From Nitrosopumilaceae archaeon (GTDB taxonomy: Archaea > Thermoproteota > Nitrososphaeria > Nitrososphaerales > Nitrosopumilaceae), in assembly GCA_965203465.1 (NCBI GenBank), contig CBDBCR010000001.1, positions 640,001 to 704,000 on the forward strand: 64,000 nucleotides of DNA. Direction: 5' to 3'. Both the position numbers and the translations under genes were made by a program. The notes beneath the pieces are model-generated. The model ran no database searches and had not been told where the DNA came from. It saw nothing but the letters and a program-made list of their open reading frames with translations. This document shows, in pieces, positions 30,730-38,746 of the stretch (the first letter of the stretch is position 1; each line of letters opens with the position of its first letter).

Positions 30730-32028
30730 GTGCCTTATCAGGAACGGAAACCGTGCGGAGCCGTGGAGATAGATCTTTCTTCCATGGAGGGGACGGCCTA
30801 CTCGGACATGATGGAGTCGGTGGGCAGCGACGTGACAAAGTACGTGTACAAGAACAGCCTGGCAGCGTTCATGGCGGCGGTGCCCGACGGCGTCTTTGAA
30901 AAATACGCCGGGATCCGGCCAAAGTCGCGCGGCATCGAGGACATGTGCGAGGCGTTCGTGGGGCTGGCCAGGTCGAACCCGGACGCGGCCAAGGCGGCCG
31001 TGCGCAGCTACGTAAAGGGCCTCAAGGAGCTGGTCGGAAAGGGCAGGCTGAGCCCCAACACCGTCCCCAACAAGATAAAGCCGGTAAAGGCGCTGCTGGC
31101 AGCGGCCGAGATAGACCTGTCCTGGAGGGCGATCAACAAGATGATGCCGCCGCCGGTCAAGAGCCGCGACCGCGCGTACACGCGCGACGAGCTGCGGGCC
31201 ATGCTGGCCGGCTCGCCGAGCCTGACCGACAAGTTCATAGTGCTTTTCTTCTCGTCGGGCGGCTTCCGGGTGGGGGCGTGGGACTATTTTTGCTGGGAGG
31301 ACCTGGTGCCGGTCGGCGACCCGCCGGAGGGCGCCGCGCTGCGGGTGTACCGCGGGTACCCCGAAGAGTACTGGACGTTCGTGACGCCCGAGGCGTACGC
31401 GGTCGCGCAGCTGTACAGCAAAGAGTGGGAGCACAGGTTCGGGCGGGCGCCGCGCGGCTCCGATCCGCTGCTCGCCTCGGTGAGGTACGACACGCCGGTC
31501 CGGCTCGGCGTCAACAGCGTCAAGAGCAGGGTGGCCAAGATAGTCTCGCGCGCCGGCCTCCGCCCGCCCGGAAAGGGGCGCAGGATGCACGCGGTCAAAC
31601 TAGACCACGGGTTCCGCAAGTACTTCAACACCATGATGAGGCGGGCCAAGGTGGACTACCTGGACAAGGAGGACATGATGGGCCACAAGGTGGGCCTCGA
31701 ATCCCACTACGAGCGGTACAACGAGGAGGATTTCGAGCGGTTCCCAGAGTACAGAAAGGCCATACCGTTCTTGACCGTCTCGGACGAAGAGCGGCTCAGG
31801 GTCGAGGCGAGGGCCAAGCAGGCCAAGATAGACGAGCTGACCGCCCTGCGGAGGAGGGAGGAGGCGGGCAGGAAGCGGATAAAGTCGCTCAAAAAGGAGG
31901 CGGCCGGCGAGCGCGAGCTGCGCGACCGGGTGTTCGAGATGGTCGAAGAGATCGTGGGCCGGCTGGGCGACGGGCCGTGCGCGAGCTGCGGCGGGGAGCA
32001 CGGGGGCCGGTGCCCCGGCCGGGGCTGA
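30730..32028 (+). CDS. Tyrosine recombinase/integrase (archaeal type)
   Basis: SSGGFRVG (catalytic R), HGFRKYF (HxxR), MMGH...ESHY (H, Y), and a C-terminal coiled coil. Confidence 0.92.
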   Translation: MPYQERKPCGAVEIDLSSMEGTAYSDMMESVGSDVTKYVYKNSLAAFMAAVPDGVFEKYAGIRPKSRGIEDMCEAFVGLARSNPDAAKAAVRSYVKGLKELVGKGRLSPNTVPNKIKPVKALLAAAEIDLSWRAINKMMPPPVKSRDRAYTRDELRAMLAGSPSLTDKFIVLFFSSGGFRVGAWDYFCWEDLVPVGDPPEGAALRVYRGYPEEYWTFVTPEAYAVAQLYSKEWEHRFGRAPRGSDPLLASVRYDTPVRLGVNSVKSRVAKIVSRAGLRPPGKGRRMHAVKLDHGFRKYFNTMMRRAKVDYLDKEDMMGHKVGLESHYERYNEEDFERFPEYRKAIPFLTVSDEERLRVEARAKQAKIDELTALRRREEAGRKRIKSLKKEAAGERELRDRVFEMVEEIVGRLGDGPCASCGGEHGGRCPGRG

Positions 32029-32235
32029 TCCGCGCCCGGCAGCGGCCTTTTATGCGGGCCGCCGCACCGGCCGCATGAAAGACTGCCCCTCCTGCTCGGA
32101 GCCGTTCGCCGACCATTCGAACAAGCGGCTCGTCGCGTGCGCGCGGCGCCTCCTGAGGTCTGCCCCCGCCGGCCCGCGGCGCGGCGGCCCGGACTAGGCC
32201 CCCCGCCTTTTTTCCCGCCCGGCCCTGCCTTCCGG

Positions 32236-32607
32236 GATGTGCCGCTTAACGGGGCGCAAAGGGGCCCCGTTCAGGGTCACATCGCGCGCTAAACCTGACC
32301 ATTTTTTTCGCCCGGCAGACCTTGCCGGCCGCGCGCGGCCGTCCCTGGCAGCGGCCGGGCTGTAGGAGGCCATATACCCTTGAGCCGGGACGCTGGCGTC
32401 CCGAGTAAAGGGCACATCGCCCCAGTCGCGGGCGCCTAGTGCGCCCGGCAGACCTCCCCGCCGCGCGCGATCTTTTTCGGGCGGCCGCCGGGCTGTAGTA
32501 GGGCCCATACCCTTCATGGCGGCAGCTAGGCTGTAGGGGAGCATATACCCTTGAGCCGGGACGCTGGCGTCCCGAGTAAAGGGCACATCGCGGGAGAAAC
32601 CTGACCC
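32236..32607. repeat. Repeated hairpin elements upstream of the actin-like gene: identical 50-bp copies at 32371-32420 and 32542-32591, plus a related hairpin at 32236-32285
   Basis: catatacccttgagccgggacgctggcgtcccgagtaaagggcacatcgc occurs twice, with inner stem cgggacgc/gcgtcccg. Also gcccggcagacct twice, ggctgtag three times and aaacctgacc twice. Confidence 0.85.
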
Positions 32608-32636
32608 CCCTTTTATGCTCCCGGCCCACCGCGCGC

Positions 32637-33467
32637 ATGCTCAAGATGGGCCTGGATCTGGGCACCGGCTTCGTAAAGTGCGTCTCGGACCGCGGCTCGG
32701 TCCGGTTCCCGTCCGTGTGCGTAAAACGCGTGCACGGGGCGTGGTCCGAAAGGGACGCCGAGGCCGTGGGTACGGGCGCGGCCGAGATGGCCGGCGCCTC
32801 GGGCTCTTCTGTCGTGCGGCCCATATCGAGGGGCAGGCCCGAGCCGCGGTACGCAAAGCAGGCCGAGGCCCTGGTGCGCGAGGCGGTGAGGCTGTCGTGC
32901 GCCGGGGGCGCCAAAAGCCGGGAGCCGGAAAAGATCAGCATGGTGGTGGGCCTGCCCTACCACGCCTTTGCCGACCGCGAGGCGCTCGTGCGGCTGGTCA
33001 AGCGCACGGCCGACGTCGAAAAGTGCCGGGTGGTGGCCCAGGCGTGCGGCACGCTGGTCTGCCTCGGAAAGCCGAGCGGGATATCGGTCTCGGTGGGGCA
33101 GGGCACCACCGAGATAGTTGTAGTCGAAGAGTACGAGGTCATAGACGGGGACAGTTCCAGGTGGGCATCGGACTTTGTGACCCGCAAGATAGGCAAGCTG
33201 GCCCACCTGGATTTGGGGTTGCTGGAGCGCAACAGGGAACTTTGCAAAAAGTACTCCAAGATACTGGCCGAGAACCTGGAATCGGAGGTGCTCGACATGG
33301 CCGACGGGTGCGGCAAAAAGCACGACATCGCGCTCTCGGGCGGCGGGCTGCTGCTGCCCGGCATGCTCGACGACCTGTCCGGCCGCCTCAAAAAGAGGTT
33401 CGGCGTTCTGGTCCCCGACGACCCCGTGATGAGCAACGCCCAGGGGCTGTACAGGCTGGCGCGATAG
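32637..33467 (+). CDS. Actin-fold ATPase (ParM/StbA/MreB-like)
   Basis: Phosphate-1 GLDLGTGFVK, phosphate-2-like VGQGTTE, adenosine motif LSGGG, connect-2 DDPVMSNAQG. TTTTATG box about 22 nt upstream. Confidence 0.88.
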   Translation: MLKMGLDLGTGFVKCVSDRGSVRFPSVCVKRVHGAWSERDAEAVGTGAAEMAGASGSSVVRPISRGRPEPRYAKQAEALVREAVRLSCAGGAKSREPEKISMVVGLPYHAFADREALVRLVKRTADVEKCRVVAQACGTLVCLGKPSGISVSVGQGTTEIVVVEEYEVIDGDSSRWASDFVTRKIGKLAHLDLGLLERNRELCKKYSKILAENLESEVLDMADGCGKKHDIALSGGGLLLPGMLDDLSGRLKKRFGVLVPDDPVMSNAQGLYRLAR

Positions 33468-33468
33468 C

Positions 33469-36400
33469 ATGGGCTCCAAGCGCTGGCAGCTGTCCAACAG
33501 GAAGAAACCTGCGGGGCAGCTCGGCTCCGCCGACCGGTTCCTGCCCCCCGCCGGGGAGCTTGCCGCCTGCTCGGTCTCGGTCCCCATACGGATGGACGCA
33601 AAGGCGGCCGTGATGGCCGCCGGCGGACTGGCCAGCCAGAGCGCGCGCAGCTTTGAGATCTGGTGGGACGGGGGCGAAAAGCGCCTGGACATAGTGCTGG
33701 CCGCCGAAAAGCGCGACCTGCCCGCCTACCGGCAGGCGTTCCTCAACATGTACCCCAACGCGGCCTTTTCGGACATGGCCGCCACCGTCCCGTCCTGGTT
33801 CCCGCCGGGCCCCGAGTGCCGGTTCTTCGACGTCGGCACCTACCACGGCCACTACGCCTCGGTGCTCGACAAGGGCAGGGCCCACCAGCTGATGTCGCAG
33901 GTGGCCGCCACCGTCCAGCTCTCCGGCAGGGCTTGGATCCAGTTCGTCTTCAAGCTACACCCGTTCAACGGGTTTCTGAGGAGGCACGTGACGCGCCTCA
34001 ACGCCAAGAACCGCGAGATATCGCGCGGCAAGTACCTGTCCAACACGGAAATACTGATGCACCCCGACAAAAAGCCGCACGACCACCCGGAGCTGGGCTA
34101 CGACTATACGAACAACTACCCGGGCCTCCAAAAGCACGCCACGCTCAAGATGCAGGGGGCCCACGTGCTCATGTCCGCGCGCGGCGCCGTCTGCGGCGGC
34201 GACGACCTGGATCTCCACTTTGACGAGATCGAGGCCATGCCCGTCGAAAACATACACTCGGGCCACGAGCACCTGACCAAGTTCGGGTACAAGTACCAGG
34301 ACTTTGCCGACGAGAAAAAGGCGCGCGTGAAGATAGGCAGGGAAAAGGGGACGCGGATGGGCCTGTTCCCGGGCAGGCTGCTACCCGATCCGGCCAGGTT
34401 CACGGACAAGGCTACGGGCAAGTACTTCGACAAGGGGATATTCGGGTACGGCGAACGCAGGCCCCTGCCGTTCCTGCTGCTCAACTTGTCAGAGATCCCG
34501 CTGCTGGTCCACCTGCCGGCGCCGGCCACCCCCAACATCGAGACGACCCGCGGCGTCTCGATACCCTCAAAGCCGTCCGAAAAAGAGGGCGCCAACGTCG
34601 GCTTTTTCAGGCAGCCCTCGCCTTCCGGCTTCGACTGGTCCGGGGCGTGGGGGGTGTCGGCCAGGTCCAAGGACGCGGGCGCGGCCGTCGTCTCGGAGGC
34701 CGACTTTGCCACCCACCTGTACGCCGTGGGCGCGTCGGGCTCGGGCAAGACTTCCTTGATACGGCTGCTGGCCAAGCATTTGGAGGCGTGGAACGGTTCG
34801 GGCTTCCCCAACGCCTTCGTGTACGTGGACCCCAAGGGGGACGACTCCCACAAGTTCGTAAAGCAGTGCTCGCCCGAGGCGCTGGCCTCGGGCAGGGTCC
34901 ACTTTCTGGATCCGCAATCGACCAGGTTCTCGATAAACCCGCTCGAGCTGCCCGCCTACGCGCCCGAAGAGAGGGAGGAGACCGTATCGCGGTACGTCGG
35001 GTACTTCATGAAGACCATCGAAGAGTGGTACCAGCAGTCGGCCAGCTACGTGCAGATGGAGAGGATCTTCAGGGCCCTGCTGTTCTACCTGTACATGAGG
35101 CACGACGCCCCGACATTCCTGGACATACACGACACGATACTAAAGCTCCAGGACCGCAAGGGCGACGCTTTGCCGGAGATAATAGAGACGTTCGGCGAGC
35201 CGGACCCCGAGATGGAGCGGGCCCTCGAGAGCATAGCCACGCTAAAGGGCGAGGCGTTCACCCCTCTCCTGAACCGGGTGGAGCAGTTTGCCACCGACCC
35301 CGTGTTGAAGAGGATGTTCTCGGTCAGGCGCGGGACCGTCGATTTTGCAGATCTGATAAAGCCCGGCTCGTACACGGTGGTCAGGATATCGCCTTTGAAC
35401 ATGCCCCAGCACGTCCAGCCGCTGGCCATGCAGGCGTTCATACTAAAGCTGTGGTTCACCATACAGGAGAGGGCCAACCGGGTGCCCGACGAAAAAGACC
35501 GCACGCAGGTGGTCCTTGCTTTGGACGAGTTCCAGATAGTAAAGGACCTGCAGGTGCTCCAGCTGATGCTCGAGCAGGCCCGCTCGCTGGGCCTCGGGCT
35601 GGTGTTGTCCCACCAGACCACCGAGCAGATAAGCGACAAGCAGCTGGGCATCATTTCGGGCAACGCGGGCACCCAGCTGGTCGGCAAGGTCAACGGCAAG
35701 GACGCCTCGCGCATAGCCCAGATCTGGGATCCACAGTTCCAGACCGAACTCCAGCAGCAGCTGGCAAGCCAGGAATACTTTCACTGGACCGTGCGCGAAA
35801 AGGCCCCGCCCGGAAAGGAGCAGCCGCCCCCCATACAGTTCTGGCTGGGCGCCCCGCCCGAGCAGCTGGTGGGCGGGCAGGCGTACCAAGAGTTCGTCTC
35901 CGGCCAGCTGGAAAGGTACGGGCGCGGCGTGGTAGGCAGCGCAGAGTCGGCCGCCCGCGAGGCCAAGACTAGGTGGATGGAGCAGGTTACGGTAAAGCTG
36001 CCCTCCGCGCTGGAATGGAGGATAATGCTGGCCCTCAGGCAGGGGCAGAGCCTCCAGCAGGCGCAGATAGTCGATATTTTGCGCGTGGCCAACCGCACCG
36101 AGGTGATGCCCGTCCTAAAGGATATGGTCGGGCGCGGCCTGCTGGAGCGGCCCGGCGGGGGCCGGACCGCCCCGTACAGGCTCACGGACAAGGCCAAGGG
36201 CACCTACTTCGATCTGGACTTTGCCGGGGTCGGCACGGCCGGCGACGTCGAGTCTTTGTGCCGCAAGGCCGCCGAATCGTACATGGCCTGGGACATGTTC
36301 GTGGCCGTGGCCAGCCAGAGGATATCCAAGGGCAGGGACAGGACCGACCTGGTGGCCTACAACTACGAGACGGGCGTGCCGGTCAGCGTGGAGATAGAGT

Positions 36401-36570
36401 CGGCCAGCGAGGTGTCCAGCCACCGCGAGCACGTCCGGTACAACATGGTAAAGTGGAGGAAGATGGGCTTCGGCGCCTGCCACGTGTGGTCCACCAGCCC
36501 CAAGGTGCGCGAGATCTACGACACTTTGGACGAGCGCGACAAGAAGGTCGTAGAGCTCGTGGTCACCTGA
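33469..36570 (+). CDS. VirD4/TraD-HerA/FtsK-superfamily ATPase (coupling-protein-like) with C-terminal wHTH and PD-(D/E)xK-like domain
   Basis: Walker A GASGSGKT, VDPKGD, SINPLE, Walker B LALDEFQ, ARSLGLGLVLSHQ (Arg finger plus Gln). Tail RTDLVAY...VSVEIES. Starts 1 nt after the actin gene. Confidence 0.88.
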   Translation: MGSKRWQLSNRKKPAGQLGSADRFLPPAGELAACSVSVPIRMDAKAAVMAAGGLASQSARSFEIWWDGGEKRLDIVLAAEKRDLPAYRQAFLNMYPNAAFSDMAATVPSWFPPGPECRFFDVGTYHGHYASVLDKGRAHQLMSQVAATVQLSGRAWIQFVFKLHPFNGFLRRHVTRLNAKNREISRGKYLSNTEILMHPDKKPHDHPELGYDYTNNYPGLQKHATLKMQGAHVLMSARGAVCGGDDLDLHFDEIEAMPVENIHSGHEHLTKFGYKYQDFADEKKARVKIGREKGTRMGLFPGRLLPDPARFTDKATGKYFDKGIFGYGERRPLPFLLLNLSEIPLLVHLPAPATPNIETTRGVSIPSKPSEKEGANVGFFRQPSPSGFDWSGAWGVSARSKDAGAAVVSEADFATHLYAVGASGSGKTSLIRLLAKHLEAWNGSGFPNAFVYVDPKGDDSHKFVKQCSPEALASGRVHFLDPQSTRFSINPLELPAYAPEEREETVSRYVGYFMKTIEEWYQQSASYVQMERIFRALLFYLYMRHDAPTFLDIHDTILKLQDRKGDALPEIIETFGEPDPEMERALESIATLKGEAFTPLLNRVEQFATDPVLKRMFSVRRGTVDFADLIKPGSYTVVRISPLNMPQHVQPLAMQAFILKLWFTIQERANRVPDEKDRTQVVLALDEFQIVKDLQVLQLMLEQARSLGLGLVLSHQTTEQISDKQLGIISGNAGTQLVGKVNGKDASRIAQIWDPQFQTELQQQLASQEYFHWTVREKAPPGKEQPPPIQFWLGAPPEQLVGGQAYQEFVSGQLERYGRGVVGSAESAAREAKTRWMEQVTVKLPSALEWRIMLALRQGQSLQQAQIVDILRVANRTEVMPVLKDMVGRGLLERPGGGRTAPYRLTDKAKGTYFDLDFAGVGTAGDVESLCRKAAESYMAWDMFVAVASQRISKGRDRTDLVAYNYETGVPVSVEIESASEVSSHREHVRYNMVKWRKMGFGACHVWSTSPKVREIYDTLDERDKKVVELVVT

Positions 36571-36624
36571 TCACGCCCGAGAGCACGGCGGCCAGACCAC
36601 GCCCCGGGGGCTTTCGGAACGAGG

Positions 36625-36933
36625 TCACTTGATCTCCAGCCTGTCCAGCGGGTCAAAGTCGAGCTTGTCGACGGGCTCTGTCCTGCGCTCTTCGGCCGCG
36701 CCCTTCATGGTCTTTTCGATGGCCTTGCGCGCCTGGGAGACGTAGTCCTCGACGGCCTTGGCGTCCTTTTTGCCCAGGACGTCCTGCCGCTTGGCCACCA
36801 GCATTCCGGCCACCGTGTCCATGGATATTTCGTCGCCGGCCTCCCACCCCAGGTCCCTGACCAGGTGGGTGGGCACGCTCACCATGTACGCCCTGTCCTT
36901 TTTGCGCAGCGTCCGGCGCCACCTCTTGTCCAC
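36625..36933 (-). CDS. AbrB/MazE/SpoVT-fold DNA-binding protein
   Basis: YMVSVPTHLVRDLGWEAGDEISM matches the AbrB pattern VxIP..lr..LG...GD. GTG start about 22 nt below a CTTAAAT box. Confidence 0.8.
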   Translation of the reverse strand: MDKRWRRTLRKKDRAYMVSVPTHLVRDLGWEAGDEISMDTVAGMLVAKRQDVLGKKDAKAVEDYVSQARKAIEKTMKGAAEERRTEPVDKLDFDPLDRLEIK

Positions 36934-36960
36934 GACGCCAACGGGCGGGCCCGATTTAAG

Positions 36961-37140
36961 GCAGAAAAGCGCCTCCAGGCGCCTTTTGCTGTACCTCCAG
37001 GCGCTTTTGCTACGACCTGCTGTGCTTGAAGGCGCCTTTTTGCTGTGCTTTGAGGCGCCTTTTCGAATTCCTGCTGTACCTCTAGGCGCTTTTCTGCTGT
37101 GCTTGAAGGCGCCTTTTTGCTGTACCTGAAGGCGCCTTTG
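36961..37140. repeat. Array of 7 direct repeats AGGCGC(C)TTTT..GCTGTRC plus one inverted copy (iteron/centromere/operator-like)
   Basis: Copies start at 36977, 36999, 37030, 37053, 37084, 37107 and 37130. The inverted copy at 36961-36974 abuts the TATA-like box of the AbrB-like gene. Confidence 0.85.
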
Positions 37141-37921
37141 GGCACGGCCGCGCCGCCCTCGCATTCACCCACGAAAACGAAAACAAAACGGGAGGAGCAC
37201 GGCTCCCCCGAATCCTCCCGACCTAAGCGGGCCGCCCGTCGGCGGCCCACGTCCCGGACCGTCTCGGCCGGCTGGACACCGGCCGGACCCAGGGATCGCG
37301 GCCATGGCCGGCCCCGCCCCCGGACGATCTTGGACGCACGCCCAGACCGGTTCGGCCCCGGCAGAGCCTAACCGGCTGGCAGGATCGGGCCTTCGGCGGT
37401 TCTTTCCAGATCCGGTTCTTTGCCCTACCGGGTTCGGCACCCCTCCGGAGGCCGGTTCTCCACATACGCGCAGTCGGACGAGCCGCCCCGTCCGGTACTT
37501 GTCTCCGGCCACCATGAGACTGTCGGTTGAACCGCGTCGGCCGGTACTCCGGCCAAGTCTTGCCCGTCTGAACGTCCGGCCTGACCGGCCGCCTTGTCTG
37601 TCCGTCCAACCTCGTTCTTTCGACACCGTTTAGATTCCGTACACAACCAGCAGTCAAAAACAGGTTCGCCACGGTTGGCAGCTGTCAGCTTCGTATGTCC
37701 GACGTGGTTCCTCCCGGACTTCAGGGCGCCTTTCTCCGCCGCCCGGACACCGGCCACAGGCGTGTGGGCGGGTTTGTCCTCTGGTCAGATCCGGCCAAGA
37801 TCGCCTCCAGATTGTATTAGCGTACGGCACGACGGCACGGCACGACGGCAGAAAATCCAAGTACGCGGCACTCGGCTTGTCTGCCCGATCTGGCACCTGT
37901 TCTGGCTTCGGATTTGCTCAC

Positions 37922-38417
37922 GCCCGTGGCTCCATGGCCCGTGGCTCCATGGCCCGTGGCTCCATGGCCCGTGGCTCCATGGCCCGTGGCTCCATGGCCC
38001 GTGGCTCCATGGCCCGTGGCTCCATGGCCCGTGGCTCCATGGCCCGTGGCTCCATGGCCCGTGGCTCCATGGCCCGTGGCTCCATGGCCCGTGGCTCCAT
38101 GGCCCGTGGCTCCATGGCCCGTGGCTCCATGGCCCGTGGCTCCATGGCCCGTGGCTCCATGGCCCGTGGCTCCATGGCCCGTGGCTCCATGGCCCGTGGC
38201 TCCATGGCCCGTGGCTCCATGGCCCGTGGCTCCATGGCCCGTGGCTCCATGGCCCGTGGCTCCATGGCCCGTGGCTCCATGGCCCGTGGCTCCATGGCCC
38301 GTGGCTCCATGGCCCGTGGCTCCATGGCCCGTGGCTCCATGGCCCGTGGCTCCATGGCCCGTGGCTCCATGGCCCGTGGCTCCATGGCCCGTGGCTCCAT
38401 GGCCCGTGGCTCCATGG
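37922..38417. repeat. Perfect tandem repeat, 15-bp unit GCCCGTGGCTCCATG, about 33 copies
   Basis: Read directly, with no variant units seen. The ORF track shows MEPRA x33. All six frames are open across it. Confidence 0.97.
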
Positions 38418-38746
38418 CACAAATGAATCCGAATTGCCAGGAGGCACACGCTTCTTTGAACCCAGTCTTGTTGGTTCGTTAGATCATATTGTCCACTTGG
38501 GAGCACGAGATCGGCATCCCTTGGGGAGACCGAACAGGAACGGCGGATCCGGCCGTACTTTGCTAAGATGTTTTTCACATGAGCGGCAGATTCCCAGCCC
38601 GTCTTTGCAGTCGATCCAAAAGACGGGCGCACTCCCGTTCTGCACGCGGACAGAGCGGCGGCGTCCGTACCGCCGCCCGGATCCGGCTTGGGCTCGGCCC
38701 GAATTGCCGCAACGCACGCCGTACCCGTCTGTCGCCTTGCCTGTGA

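Noticed and set aside
8514-30730. Numerous long antisense and alternate-frame ORFs inside the giant gene (e.g. 19295..22645, 22620..25073)
   Set aside because: Expected shadows of high-GC coding DNA, with Arg/Gly/Ser-rich composition and no motifs.
30700-32640. tRNA or att site next to the integrase
   Set aside because: No cloverleaf or T-loop consensus, and no convincing flanking direct repeat seen by eye. The element ends are undefined.
36961-37140. Mini-CRISPR, or an N-terminal extension of the AbrB ORF (37164 start)
   Set aside because: Repeats are short and degenerate with no unique spacers. A TATA-like box and GTG at 36933 explain the gene better.
37922-38417. CRISPR array
   Set aside because: Head-to-tail identical 15-mers with no spacers, and no cas genes in the window.
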